DNA from: an uncultured delta proteobacterium
Lineage (GTDB): Bacteria > Desulfobacterota > Binatia > Bin18
Reading direction: 5' to 3'
Assembly (NCBI GenBank): GCA_963733195.1
Contig: CAVTCR010000074.1
Coordinates: 1-64,000 of the forward strand
DNA: 64,000 nucleotides
Positions 23,713-35,316 of this stretch are shown here, piece by piece (positions within the stretch are counted from its first letter, which is position 1; each line of letters starts with the position of its first letter). The notes beneath the pieces are model-generated. The model did no database searches. It saw nothing but the letters and a program-made list of their open reading frames with translations, and was not told the origin of the DNA. Both the position numbers and the translations under genes were made by a program.

Positions 23713-23990
23713 GGCTAACCCCAGCTACTGTAGCAGGAGGCGTAGAGCTGGGAAACCAATGTAGAGACACGCTAGTCGCAGGTCCATGCGGATGGGCAAT
23801 TTCTCTTGTTCTCTACAAACCAAAGGGGATCTAAAGCTCCAAAGGAGATAACTTCAGAAGGTGTGGAAACATGAGCTGAGCGGCATATTCTCTTGGGTGA
23901 CCATAACCGCTTATTCCTTCCTGGCCACTGCTGCGCTATGTTGGTTTTTCTCATGAAACGAATACTCGCAGCCAACGGAAAGGGAGCGAT

Positions 23991-24215
23991 ATGAACGACC
24001 GTATTGTCATTGATCCCGCCATTCAGCACGGGAAGCCAGTGATTCGTGGAACACGAGTGCCGATCGTACGGATTATCGGTGGTTTGGCAGGAGGCATGAG
24101 TATCGAAGAGATCTCCCACGACTACGGAGTCACAGAAGCTGACGTGCGCGCGGCATTGACCTATGCCAACGAGGTGATTGAGCAAGAAGAACATCATCCC
24201 CTCCCTGCTGCGTAG
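23991..24215 (+). CDS. DUF433 antitoxin-like protein
   Basis: RIVIDPAIQHGKPVIRGTRVP. Confidence 0.9.
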   Translation: MNDRIVIDPAIQHGKPVIRGTRVPIVRIIGGLAGGMSIEEISHDYGVTEADVRAALTYANEVIEQEEHHPLPAA

Positions 24216-24224
24216 AGATTCCGG

Positions 24225-24587
24225 GTGCACTTCTTAATTGATGCTGACTTACCTCGTCCGCTCAAGCCCTTGCTAGAGCGCTATGGGCATGAAGCGACAG
24301 ACGTACGTGATATTGGGTTGGGGAGCGCCAAAGATCCACTAATTGCCGCCTATGCGCAGACACACCAAGTATGTCTGTTGACTGGAGATTTTGGTTTCGC
24401 AGACATTCGCAATTACGTTCCTGCTGCCTATGCTGGGCTTGTAGTGTTGGAACTGCCGCGCAATACGACCGCCTCGTTCATCGTTCGTCTTGTGGAATCT
24501 CTCCTGCAGCAGCCCGAAGTGGTGGCCAAAATCGAGGGGAGGTTGGCCATTGTTGCAGCGGGCAGGGTCCGACTACGCCCACCGTGA
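24225..24587 (+). CDS. DUF5615 PIN-like toxin
   Basis: FLIDADLP, GHEATDVRD, D..I..YA, LLTGDFGF. Confidence 0.88.
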   Translation: MHFLIDADLPRPLKPLLERYGHEATDVRDIGLGSAKDPLIAAYAQTHQVCLLTGDFGFADIRNYVPAAYAGLVVLELPRNTTASFIVRLVESLLQQPEVVAKIEGRLAIVAAGRVRLRPP

Positions 24588-24631
24588 ATCGGATCGAGGC
24601 TTGCGTAAGTTGACCATATAGACTGTGGAAT

Positions 24632-24764
24632 GTAGGCGTACGTAGCGCGCCAATGAAGAGCACCGGGAAATGGCGCGTGATACGCGCCCTACTCCACTTT
24701 CAGGGTAGCGTGCGCTGCGCGCACGAGTCTCCACCCCCGCCGTTCGTGCGCATGGCGCACGCTA
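24632..24764. repeat. Two GTAG-type REP doublets
   Basis: GTAG...GCGCGCCA/TGGCGCG...CTAC, followed by GTAGCGTGCGC...GCGCACGCTAC. Confidence 0.65.
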
Positions 24765-24988
24765 CGAGGGACAGGCCGATGGAGCACCGGTACGAATCTC
24801 GTGTGGTCTGATTTAGGCCTGAGGGCAGCGGCGTTCTTCTTGTACGGAAGCGACAAAGCGCATACATAACATGGATACTTCCTACTGTGGGAAAAGCGGG
24901 CACGGATAGGGGCTCGACTCTCACGGTGTCTGTGATCGTGGGGTAGGCAGCCCGCGAGCACAAAGTGTTCAAGGAGTGAGGAGCGCAC

Positions 24989-27900
24989 ATGAAGTTTTCT
25001 GAAGTGGTAACGCAAACGCTCGCTTGGCTCCAACGCGAGGGACGAGTCTCGTATCGGGCACTGAAGCGCGAGTTTGAGCTTGATGACGAGTTCCTCGAAG
25101 ATCTGAAGGCTGAAATTATCGAAGCGAAACGACTGGCCATTGATGAGAATGGCAAAGTGTTTGGTCTGGGTCGGCAACAGCAGTCTAGAGTCTAGAGTCC
25201 AGAGTCTAGAGTCAGAGGGGCAAGGGCGAGCTTCCACCGTTCAGACCCTAGACCCTAGACGCCAGACCCTAGACTCTGCCGCCGAGCGGCGGCAGCTTAC
25301 TGTCATGTTTTGCGATCTGGTGGGCTCCACTGCGCTCTCGGAGCTACTCGATCCTGAAGAATTGCGCGAGGTAGTGCGCGCGTATCAAGCGACCTGCACC
25401 GACGCAATCCAGCGCTATGCGGGGCACATTGCCCAGCATCTGGGTGATGGGCTGTTAGTGTACTTCGGCTATCCGGCCGCCCACGAAGACGAGGCCCAAC
25501 GGGCCGTGCGGACCGGATTGGAGATCTTGGCGAGACTCCAGACCCTCAATGCGCGGCTACAACCCGCCATAAAGGAACGGTTACCGCACCCTATCCAGGT
25601 GCGCATCGGCATCCATACCGGCCTGGTCGTCATCGGTGAAATCGGCAGCAGCGAAAAACGCGAGGTCCTCGCCTTGGGTGAGACACCCAACATTGCCGCA
25701 CGGCTGCAGGGCTTGGCCGAGCCCGACACCGTCGTCCTTAGTGCTGCGACCCACCATTTGGTCGTCGGCTTATTTGAGTGCCAGGAACTGGGGCTACAAA
25801 CGCTCAAGGGCATTTCCACTCCCCTGTCGGTGTACCGGGTCGTGCGCGAGAGCGAGGCTCAGAGCCGTTTTGAAGCAGCAGTCAGTAGAGGCTTAACGCC
25901 CTTAGTGGGTCGCGAAGACGAACTCGGGCTGCTGCGGCGACGCTGGGCGCAGGCCAAGGCAGGCGAAGGACAAGTGGTGCTCCTCAGCGGTGAGCCGGGC
26001 ATCGGCAAATCCCGCCTCGTACAAGAACTCAAAGAGCAGCTCAGCCAAGAAGGGACCATACGGATTGAGTTTCGTTGTTCGCCTTATCACCAGAACAGTG
26101 CCCTCTATCCGGTGATCGAACATTTGCAACGCGTGCTGGGGATTGAACGCGATGATTCAGCCCAGCATCAAGTTGGGCAAACTGGAGCAGACCCTGTCTC
26201 ACTACCGGTTCCCCCAGGCTGACACGCTGCCACTGTTGGCGGCCCTGTTGTCACTGCCGCATCCCGAAGGCATTCCGCCCCTGACCCTCAGCCCTGAGCA
26301 GCAGAAAGAGAAAACGCTGCAAGCGTTGGTCAGGTGGCTGTGCGAGGAGGCAGAGCGACAAGCGGTGTACTGTACCTGGGAAGACCTCCACTGGGCCGAC
26401 CCTTCCACCTTGGAGCTGCTAGCCCTCTATCTCGACCAGGTTCCTACGGCGCGGATGCTGGCGCTGTTAACCTTTCGGCCCGAGTTTACGCCGCCCTGGG
26501 GTTCTCGTTCGTACCTCAGCCAGCTCACCCTGGGCCGGTTAGGACGCGCACAGGTGGAGCGCATAGTTGAAAACGTGACCGGCGGCAGAACCTTACCCGA
26601 CGAAGTGGTGGAGCAAGTGGTGGCGAAGACGGACGGTGTGCCGTTGTTCGTGGAAGAGTTAACCAAGATGGTCATCGAGTTAGGCTTCGTGCGGGCCGTC
26701 AATAGTCACTATGAGTTGACCAGACCCCTGTCTGCCTTAGCGATTCCCGCCACGTTGCACGACTCGCTGATGGCCCGGCTGGACCGGCTGGCTGAGGCCA
26801 AAGCGATCGCCCAATTGGGTGCCACGCTAGGGCGAGAGTTTTCCTATGAGCTGCTGCAAGCCGTTTCGTCGGTGGACGAAGCGACATTGCAGCATGGGCT
26901 GGCCCGGTTAGTGGACGCAGAACTGGTGTACCAGCGCGGGCTGCCACCTCACGCCCACTACATCTTCAAGCATGCCCTGGTGCAGGACACGGCCTATCAG
27001 TCCTTGCTCAAGCGCGAGCGGCAACGACTTCACCAGCAGATTGCTCACGTCTTAGTTGAGCGCTTTCTCGACACCGCAGCGACCCAGCCAGAGCTGGTGG
27101 CGCATCACTACACCGAGGCAGGGCTGGGAGAGCAAGCTATTCCCTATTGGCAGCAGGCCGGCGAGAGAGCTGTCGACCGCTCAGCCTACGTGGAAGCCAT
27201 CAGCCATCTCAGCAAAGGATTGGAGTTGCTCAAAACGCTTCCGGAAACGGTGGAACGCCTCCACCAAGAGCTGAACCTGCAGATCCCTCTGGGCTTGGCG
27301 TTTATGGCCACCAAGAGCTATGCAGCCCCGGAAGTGGGAAAAGCCTACATCCGGGCGCGAGAGTTATGCAGACAGGTGGGAGAGACTCCTCAACTTGCCC
27401 CAGTGCTCTACGGCCTGTGGATCTTTCATCTCGTGCGGGCAGAGTTGCAGACGGCATACGAGGCGGCGGAGCAACTGCTCCGGTTAGGGCAAAATACCCA
27501 AGATCCCGCCCTCATCATGGAGGGCCACCATGGGCTGGGACAGATCTCGTTTTTCATGGGAAGTTTGCCGCAGCCCGAGAACATCTGGAGCAGGCGATTG
27601 CGCTCTACGACTCTCGGCAGTCCTCTTCCTCATGCCATCCGGCCGGTGCAAGACCCCGGGGTGATGAGCCGGGGCTATGCGGCCTGGAGTCTGTGGCATC
27701 TGGGTTATCCCGACCAGGCCCTCCAGAGAGTTCACGAGGCGTTCGCCCTGGCCCAGGAACTATCCCATCCCTTTAGCTTCGCGTTCGCCCTGCACTTTGC
27801 GCTCACTCTCCATCAGTTCCGCAAAGAGCGGCAACTCGCTCAAGAACGCGCGGAGGCGTTGCTGGCGTTTTCATCCGAACATGGCTTTCCACATTTTGTA

Positions 27901-28424
27901 GCAATCGGAACTTTCAGGCGGGGTGCAATGCTCGTCGCGCAGGGCCAGGTCGAGGAGGGGCTGACACAGATGCGCCAAAGCATGGAGACCTGCCTCGCCG
28001 GAGGGGAAGAGAATGTGACGCCCGGTCTTCCTAAGCGGACTGGCCGCGGCCTATGGGAGCGTAGGGCAGATCGATGAAGGGTTAGCACTGCTCACTGAGG
28101 CGCTGGCCATCTTGGACAAAACTGGCCAGCGTGTGTACGAGGTAGGGTTGTATCTGCTGAAGGGATCACTGCTGCTCAAGGTCTGGAGGCCAAAAGGTAG
28201 AAGAAGCGGAGGAGTGTTTTCGTCAGGCTCTCGATGTTGCCCGTCGCCAAGAGGCGAAGTCCTTGGAACTGCAGGCAGTGATGAGCCTCAGTCGCCTGTG
28301 GCAGCAACAGGGCAAGAAAGAAGAAGCCCGGCAGATGCTGGCCGAGATTTACGGCTGGTTCACGGAAGGGTTTGATACGGGGGATTTGCGTGCGGCTAAG
28401 GCATTATTGCAAGAGCTCACTTGA
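24989..28424 (+). CDS. Class III adenylate/guanylate cyclase - AAA (STAND) ATPase - TPR protein (frameshifted)
   Basis: AERRQLTVMFCDLVGST, GDG, RIGIHTG, GETPNIAARLQ, Walker A GEPGIGKS, EDLHWADPST, WFTEGFDT. Confidence 0.92.
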
Positions 28425-28429
28425 AACAG

Positions 28430-28551
28430 GGTCAAGTGAAGGTTCCACCAGAATTCTTTGAACCACTCCCAGAGGACATCCTTCGTGCCTTTGAAGGACA
28501 AGAACCATGAGAGTGTTAGTCGATACGTGTACGTTTCTCTGGATGGTTTGA
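28430..28551 (+). pseudogene. vapBC-type toxin-antitoxin remnant (antitoxin C-terminus + PIN toxin N-terminus)
   Basis: GQVKVPPEFFEPLPEDILRAFEGQEP* overlaps (ATGA) MRVLVDTCTFLWMV*. Confidence 0.75.
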
Positions 28552-28552
28552 T

Positions 28553-29071
28553 TTAATCGGGCATGGCAACGAGAGCATTCTGAAAGACTTGCAAGGCAGG
28601 CGCATCAAACAAGACAAATGACACCTGCTGAAGCGAGGTTGGCCCGCTGAGATGTTTCTGTACTTCGTCGAGCATAATCGCGGCACAGCGATCAAGCGGG
28701 AATCCGGCGATGCCCGTACCTATCGCAGGAAAGGCAATTGACGTGAGTTGTTTTTCTGTGGCGCGTTTCAAACTATTGACGGTGGCGTCACGCAGACTCT
28801 TTTCGTTGGTTAGCCCACCAAGATGCATGCTGGCAGCATGAATGACGTATGAGGCTTTGAGTTGGCCACCGCGAGTTAGCGCGGCTTCTCCCAATGGCAC
28901 CGGACCAATCGCATCGCACTCTTGCTGGATGGTTGGACCACCTTTACGCCGGATTGCACCGGCCACTCCGGCGCCAAGTTGCAACTGCGTGTTCGCCGCA
29001 TTGACGACAGCATCAACCTCGGCGTCAGTAATATCTCCCTGTTGCAGACTGATGCGCGTCTTCCAGGTCAT
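28553..29071 (-). CDS. Macro domain protein (O-acetyl-ADP-ribose deacetylase-like)
   Basis: GDIT, VNAAN, GAGVAGAI, AFPAIGTGIAGFP. Confidence 0.93.
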   Translation of the reverse strand: MTWKTRISLQQGDITDAEVDAVVNAANTQLQLGAGVAGAIRRKGGPTIQQECDAIGPVPLGEAALTRGGQLKASYVIHAASMHLGGLTNEKSLRDATVNSLKRATEKQLTSIAFPAIGTGIAGFPLDRCAAIMLDEVQKHLSGPTSLQQVSFVLFDAPALQVFQNALVAMPD

Positions 29072-29075
29072 CTAC

Positions 29076-30434
29076 TTATCTCCGGCTTTTCCGGGCTGAG
29101 ACACGGACTATCGATGCACGCTTAGCACGTAAGGATGCCCGACGTGCTTCCTGTGCGCGGCGCGCAGCCGCAATGCGTTCTTGCCGTGCGCGCTCTAACG
29201 CGGCAATACGAGCGCGTTCCTCCTCCTGCCAAACGGCGTAGCGCTCTTGAAAAGCCGCGTAAGTTCCCGACGGCAAACGCAACTGGTACCCCTGTGGGAT
29301 CGAAGAAGAACCGTCGCGAATGGCACTCCCCAATGCCGGATTAAGCGTACGTACCTCATCGAGATCTGCCCCAGCAAGTTCAGCGGCGCGACTCAGCGTG
29401 ACAGGATACTCGACCGAAATCTCATCGTAGGTAATTGGGGCATCCATCTCGATGGCACCGAAATGCTTTGTATGATTTCGTTCCACATCAAGGGCAGCAA
29501 GAAATTCCGTATAGAAATTGCGCGAAGCAAAACCAAAATTTCTGCCGCGATACGAACGGACAATGACACCAATATCTCGAGACCCGACCGTGTCGATCGC
29601 GTTTGCTACCCCACCCGGACCGTGGTTGTAGGCCGTAATTGCTAACGGCCAGGCCCCGAGTTTATCGTAGTTCGATTTGAGGAAACGGGCGGCGGCCTCA
29701 GTCGCAATCAACGGATCGCGGCGTTCATCAATCGAGCCGCTTACCTTCATAGCGTAGAGGCGTCCGGTCGACGGCATAAATTGCCAAATACCCGCTGCTC
29801 CCACCTTCGACGTTGCACTCAAATTAAAACTGGACTCAACCAAGGGAAGACGAGTCAGTTCTACCGGAACACCTTCGCGTTCGAAAATCTCTTCCATCGC
29901 CTTGATATAACGGCGCGAGTTCTGTACACCTTCGCGAAAGCGTTCACGAACTCCGGTTTGCGTGCGCAGGCGGTCCTCTCCTGCTGCGACACGAAAGCGG
30001 TCTACATCATTCCCCTTAAAAAGGTTCCAGATCTTTTTTTCTTCAGGATCGAGGTTGTCACAGTTTTCGAGCCCATCCACACAGCCTTGTAGTTTCATAA
30101 ATAGGCCACGGATCTGGGCCACTTCGAGTTTGGTTTGATCTTGCTTGATCTGACCGATAGTCGCTTCGTCCAATTCCTCATCATCCCGCAAGCGACGGAA
30201 ATCGAGGACACGGTAAATTTGCATGGTCTCAGTATCGTGGATGACAACCTGATAGCGAGAGTAGACCGAAAAGATCTTCTTCCAGAAATCAACTTGCGGA
30301 CGTATGGCCTTAGGAATCGGGAAATGAGCACTTGCTGGATCTTTCTCTTCGCCCATTACACTATTGACCCCAAGGAGAAGTACCCCAAAAAGAGGCAATA
30401 AGACCCTAAATAACCCAGATTTGACTTTACTCAT
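29076..30434 (-). CDS. Lytic transglycosylase, MltD-like
   Basis: LPLVESSF, AAGIWQFMPSTGR, AITAYNHG. Confidence 0.9.
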   Translation of the reverse strand: MSKVKSGLFRVLLPLFGVLLLGVNSVMGEEKDPASAHFPIPKAIRPQVDFWKKIFSVYSRYQVVIHDTETMQIYRVLDFRRLRDDEELDEATIGQIKQDQTKLEVAQIRGLFMKLQGCVDGLENCDNLDPEEKKIWNLFKGNDVDRFRVAAGEDRLRTQTGVRERFREGVQNSRRYIKAMEEIFEREGVPVELTRLPLVESSFNLSATSKVGAAGIWQFMPSTGRLYAMKVSGSIDERRDPLIATEAAARFLKSNYDKLGAWPLAITAYNHGPGGVANAIDTVGSRDIGVIVRSYRGRNFGFASRNFYTEFLAALDVERNHTKHFGAIEMDAPITYDEISVEYPVTLSRAAELAGADLDEVRTLNPALGSAIRDGSSSIPQGYQLRLPSGTYAAFQERYAVWQEEERARIAALERARQERIAAARRAQEARRASLRAKRASIVRVSARKSRR

Positions 30435-30675
30435 TATCCCTCCTGCGGTTTCGACAGCCTACATTCCTAATCCCCTGACCACGATTACAGGTGTATTCGA
30501 AGACCATATCGTCATTTTGCTAGAAAGCTTTAGTTCCTGAGTAACAAAAGCTTTCACAGACTGCAACTCTTTGGCCTAATTCCTCAGGAAAAATAGGAAA
30601 ATTCAGGCTTCTCTCTCGGTCGCAAGTCGGGTATATGAAGTGGAACGCAAAACTTCCCCTACCAAATAAGGAGTA

Positions 30676-31746
30676 ATGAGGTTGAGTTTCTCTCGCAACC
30701 AAGCGATTCGTCCAACAATCCAGCGCATGCACGGTTATATCCCCGGCGAGCAGCCACAAGACAAGCAATACATTAAGCTGAACTCGAACGAGAACCCGTA
30801 TCCCGCGTCCCCTCGAGTTATTGAAGCCTTGCAACGCGCCATCGGAGAGGACCTCCGCCTGTACCCTGACCCGGTTGCTAATCGCCTGCGCGACAAAGCC
30901 GCGGAAGTGTATGGACTCACGCGTGAACAAATTCTCGTTGGCAACGGCTCAGATGACCTCCTTACCATGTTGATGCGCACTTGCGTTGATCCTGGAGATC
31001 ACGTCGCTTATCCGGTACCGACTTATAGTTTGTACGACGAACTCGTGACCATGCAGGGTGGGCAAATCACGCAGATACCGTTTCTTGACGATTTTTCCCT
31101 GCCGCCTTCGCTTGCCGAGGTTGAGGCCAAACTTACGATCCTCTGTCATCCCAATGCCCCCTCGGGGACGATGCCCTCGCTCGCGCAGGTCGAAGAACTC
31201 GCGCGACGCGTGCGCGGTATTCTGGTGATTGACGAAGCATATATCGATTTCGCCAATGAAACCGCGTTACCACTGATTCATAAATACCCACACATTGTGA
31301 TTCTGCGGACGTTTTCCAAATCGTTCTCACTTGCGGGCATGCGGATCGGCCTCGCCTTTGGCCACCCTGAATTCATCAAGGAATTGCTGAAAGTCAAAGA
31401 CTCGTACAACGTGAATCGGTTGAGTATCGTCGCCGCAACCGCAGCGCTCGAAGATTATGCCTGGATGCAGCAGAATGTTGCAAAGATCAAAACTACCCGC
31501 TCGCGTCTGACCACAGCTCTCCGCAAGCTTGGCTACTTTGTCTATGATTCGCACACCAATTTTGTGTTGGCTCGCAAGGTCGGAGTTAACCAGGAATTGA
31601 CCTATCACAGGCTCAAGGATCAAGGAGTCCTCGTTCGCTACTTTTCGTTGCCTACTCTCACTGACTGTCTACGTATCTCCGTTGGCTCGGATGAGGAAAT
31701 TGACACGCTGCTAGAATCTATGCGAACACTATCACGAGTAGCATAA
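30676..31746 (+). CDS. hisC: Histidinol-phosphate aminotransferase
   Basis: KLNSNENPY, GNGSDD, DEAY, RTFSKSFSLAGMRIG. Confidence 0.93.
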   Translation: MRLSFSRNQAIRPTIQRMHGYIPGEQPQDKQYIKLNSNENPYPASPRVIEALQRAIGEDLRLYPDPVANRLRDKAAEVYGLTREQILVGNGSDDLLTMLMRTCVDPGDHVAYPVPTYSLYDELVTMQGGQITQIPFLDDFSLPPSLAEVEAKLTILCHPNAPSGTMPSLAQVEELARRVRGILVIDEAYIDFANETALPLIHKYPHIVILRTFSKSFSLAGMRIGLAFGHPEFIKELLKVKDSYNVNRLSIVAATAALEDYAWMQQNVAKIKTTRSRLTTALRKLGYFVYDSHTNFVLARKVGVNQELTYHRLKDQGVLVRYFSLPTLTDCLRISVGSDEEIDTLLESMRTLSRVA

Positions 31747-31799
31747 ACGTAATCACGTAACACGTCTGATCTGTTTCGTGGTAGCGTAAGGAGTACACA

Positions 31800-32846
31800 A
31801 TGCGTTTTTCCCTTTTCCATCTCCCCAGCTTCTTTCCACAGTTTCACGAGAGTGAAGCCCAATTCTATCAAGACATGCTGACAGAAACTGACCGTGCCGA
31901 CACGCTAGGGTTTCACTCGGTGTGGCTCGCTGAGCACCACTTCCATCATTATGGTGGCCATATTCCCTCTGTTCCGGTGCTTGGATCTGCGATTGCCCAG
32001 CGCACCAAACAGATTCGTATCGGCTCAGGCATCTGCCTCGTGCCGCTTCAGGACCCCGTTCGTGTCGCAGAAGAGTACGCGATGCTCGACTGCCTCTCCG
32101 GTGGGCGACTCGAATTTGGCATTGGTCGTGGGTTTCAGAAAATGGAGTACGATGCCTTTGAACGAAACATGGGAGACAGCCGCGTGCTGTTCGAAGAAGC
32201 ACACGATATCATCCTGAAAGCCTGGAGCGAGGAACGATTTTCCTACGAGGGCAAATTTCGCAAAATACACAATTTGAGAGTGATCCCCAAACCGCTCCAG
32301 AAACTCCCCCCAATTTACGTTGCCTGCATCTTTACTGACGAGTCATTCCAGTGGACCGGCAAGATGGGCTACAACCTGATGACCGTCCCTTACGCAGCAG
32401 CAAACTCCGAGTTCCTGGTGAGTAAAATCAATCTCTTCAACGACACCCGCAAGGCCCACGGTTACAGAACTGCAGCCGAAGTCCTCGGCGTATATCACTT
32501 CTACTGTGGCGAAACCCCGGAGAAGGCAAAGGAAGAACCGCGAGAAGCGATGATGCGCTACCTGCATTCGGTAGTCGAAGCAAACCAGGAGTCCGCATAC
32601 TCAGACCAGTACACAATTTATCAAGGCTTAAAACAGGCGTTTCAAGCGATAGATTATGATAACTACATGTATCCAAGCCGCGTGATCTTTGGTGATCCTG
32701 ACCAATGTGTTGAACGAATCAAGCAAGTTCTGGCAGCAGGCATCACCAATGTGAGTTTGTTGATCAACTTTGGTGGTCTTGATCACGGCAAAATCATGGC
32801 GTCGTTGGAACGGTTTGCGAAGTATGTGCTGCCAAGATTTCAGTGA
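31800..32846 (+). CDS. LLM class flavin-dependent oxidoreductase
   Basis: WLAEHHF, RVAEEYAMLD..SGGRLEFGIGRG. Confidence 0.92.
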   Translation: MRFSLFHLPSFFPQFHESEAQFYQDMLTETDRADTLGFHSVWLAEHHFHHYGGHIPSVPVLGSAIAQRTKQIRIGSGICLVPLQDPVRVAEEYAMLDCLSGGRLEFGIGRGFQKMEYDAFERNMGDSRVLFEEAHDIILKAWSEERFSYEGKFRKIHNLRVIPKPLQKLPPIYVACIFTDESFQWTGKMGYNLMTVPYAAANSEFLVSKINLFNDTRKAHGYRTAAEVLGVYHFYCGETPEKAKEEPREAMMRYLHSVVEANQESAYSDQYTIYQGLKQAFQAIDYDNYMYPSRVIFGDPDQCVERIKQVLAAGITNVSLLINFGGLDHGKIMASLERFAKYVLPRFQ

Positions 32847-32969
32847 AGAATGAGTTAGTCAGTATGACAGATTAAAGAACAAAAACAGAAACGCTGTTTT
32901 GATCCCGTTACATTCTTCAACTCTTAACTGTTACTTTTAACTCTTAACTGCCCAGAAAGGAGGGCTTAT

Positions 32970-34094
32970 ATGAAGATTCAATACTCCAAAGGCAAAGTTC
33001 CCAAACAAGCCCATGTCGCCATTCCCGAAGGGCTCTACGAAGAAGAGCATGGCCGCCAAGGCTTCTTCGGCCCGGCGACGCAGTTTTATCATACCCATCC
33101 GCCGACAGATTGGAAACGCATTGAAGGCCCACTACAACCACGGGCGTTCAACACCTATGATCTCAAGCCAACTGACCTCGATGACCCACGGGGCGAGCCA
33201 GCAAAGGTGCTCTACAACAACGACGTCGCCCTGTTTATCTCACGTCGTTCGGAGCCGATGCCGTTTTGTTTCCGCAACGGCGATGGTGATGAAGTCCACT
33301 TCATGCACAAAGGCCGTGGCGTACTCCAAAGTGACTTCGGCCCACTTTCCTACACAGAGGGTGACTATATCGTCATCCCCAAAGGAACGAATTATCGAAT
33401 CGTTCCCGAGACGCGCGACAATTTCTCGTTGATCATGCAATCCCGTGGCTCGATTCGCTTTCCCGAGCGGTCCGGGATCGGCCACTATGCCCCGTTCGAT
33501 TACGACGTAATCGAGACACCAGAACCTGCTGCCGTGACAGAACAGCGGTCAGAGTGGGAACTGCGTGTACGTCGTCGCGGCGAGTACACCTCCGTGTTCT
33601 ATGACTTCTGTCCTCTTGATGTTATCGGTTGGAAAGGAACACATTCAGTTTTCAAACTAAATGTGAAAGACTTTCGCCCATTGATGAGTGACGGCGTGCA
33701 TTTGCCACCGAGCGCGCATGGTACGTTTGAAGCACCAGGCTTCGTCATTTGTACCTTCGCTCCGCGTCCACTCGAAGGTGACCCCAAAGCGTTACGAGTA
33801 CCGTGGTATCATCGCAATATTGATTACGATGAGGTTTTCTTCGTCCATAGCGGCGAGTTCACCCTGAGTCGCCGCAGCGGGACGACGCCGTTCGGCGTGA
33901 TGTCACTCAACCCACAAGGACTTCATCATGGCCCACAACCTGGCGTGTGGGAGAACAGTGTCAAGAACTGGCAGAAAGACGCACGATTGGAATTCGTGGC
34001 GATTAACCTCGACACCGAAGAACCACTCTTCATGACACCAGAAGTACAAGGCATCGAGATCAAGGGATACGCGGATCTGTGGGCGAAAAAGTAG
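32970..34094 (+). CDS. Homogentisate 1,2-dioxygenase family protein
   Basis: YEEEHGRQGFFG, RNGDGDE, PWYHRNIDYDEV, HHGP. Confidence 0.88.
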   Translation: MKIQYSKGKVPKQAHVAIPEGLYEEEHGRQGFFGPATQFYHTHPPTDWKRIEGPLQPRAFNTYDLKPTDLDDPRGEPAKVLYNNDVALFISRRSEPMPFCFRNGDGDEVHFMHKGRGVLQSDFGPLSYTEGDYIVIPKGTNYRIVPETRDNFSLIMQSRGSIRFPERSGIGHYAPFDYDVIETPEPAAVTEQRSEWELRVRRRGEYTSVFYDFCPLDVIGWKGTHSVFKLNVKDFRPLMSDGVHLPPSAHGTFEAPGFVICTFAPRPLEGDPKALRVPWYHRNIDYDEVFFVHSGEFTLSRRSGTTPFGVMSLNPQGLHHGPQPGVWENSVKNWQKDARLEFVAINLDTEEPLFMTPEVQGIEIKGYADLWAKK

Positions 34095-34439
34095 GAGGCT
34101 AGGAACTATAGGTGTCCGAAATCATTTGTAGCGAACGCCATTCATGCTTCGATTATTCTGGATTACGCTTAGCACGAACGGGTACAGAAACCTCGTCTGA
34201 GCGTAGCGTAGCGAAGTCGAAGGACGGACAGGGAGTTTTACGGCATATCTCATTTAATCGTGGCGGGCATAGCCCACCTACGGGTTCTGTGGGTGCAAAG
34301 AAGGGCAGGCTGTGCCTGCCATTGTCAACTGGCACTCCACAGCTGAGGGTGTCGCCAATACGGGAGTTGGGGGTTGGTTTTGGGTTTCCTTCTTTTCTAC
34401 TGGTCCCCAACTCCTGACTCCCGACCTCTGTGATTCGTC

Positions 34440-35316
34440 TTAGCGCGGCGCAAACGCCTCAACCGCTTTGAGGTCAGGAAGGGACTCATTGTCCGACCGG
34501 ATCGGCAGAATACACACATGCGTCGCACCGGCCTTCAGGTGTGCATCAATACGGTCACGAATTTTCGTCCTCGCTTCCCCAGGCGACAATATCATCGACC
34601 AGCCGATCGCTACAACCGTCGGCGAACTCAGCATCTCCATACCCGAGCGCTTTTAAGTTATTCGTATAGTTCGGCAGTCGAGGAACGTAGGTCTTCATGT
34701 ATTGCCGCGCCATCGTGCGCGCTTTGGTCGCGTCACTTCAAGGATTACTGCCTGTGCGGCACAGATCCATGGCTTCGGACCGATTTGCGCACGGACCTTC
34801 GTCAGTATGCTCTGGTGGCACAAAATACGTGTGCGTCCCTTGAGTTTCGGCTGCTGACAACGCCAGCATCTTCGGATGCAGCGCAGCAATCACGATCGGT
34901 ACGGGTTCCTTCGGCTCGGGTGCCCGATAGAGCGCGCTTTTCATCTTCGGCAGATATTCCTTCATGTAGCTGTACGGCTTGTCGTAGCTATGCCCGCGGA
35001 GATTCGCTACCAATGGTTTGTGGCTTACGCCAATCCCGAGCACGAAACGTCCGCCTGAAAGTTCGGCAACTGTCTTCGACGCAGCAGCCATCGTAATCGG
35101 ATCTCGCGCCCAGATATTCGCGATGCCTGTGGCAATAGACAGACGTTCCGTACGGCTCAACAAGTACGCAGCATGGGGGAACGGCTCACGTCCAACCGCT
35201 TCTGGAATCCACAGCGCTTTGTACCCATGTTTCTCAACCGTCTGCGCAAACTGTGCGCTCTCCGGACCTGACATCGCATCAAGAAAGAACCAAATACCAA
35301 TTTTGCCAATGTCCAT
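34440..35316 (-). CDS. F420-dependent LLM class oxidoreductase (TIGR03620-like), frameshifted
   Basis: ATGIANIWAR, GRFVLGIGVSH, AGATHVC. Confidence 0.85.

Noticed and set aside
28553-30434. Macro domain gene as part of a Thoeris/DarTG-like defence system
   Set aside because: It is a stand-alone MacroD-type protein coupled to a housekeeping lytic transglycosylase; no TIR, SIR2 or ADP-ribosyltransferase partner is seen.
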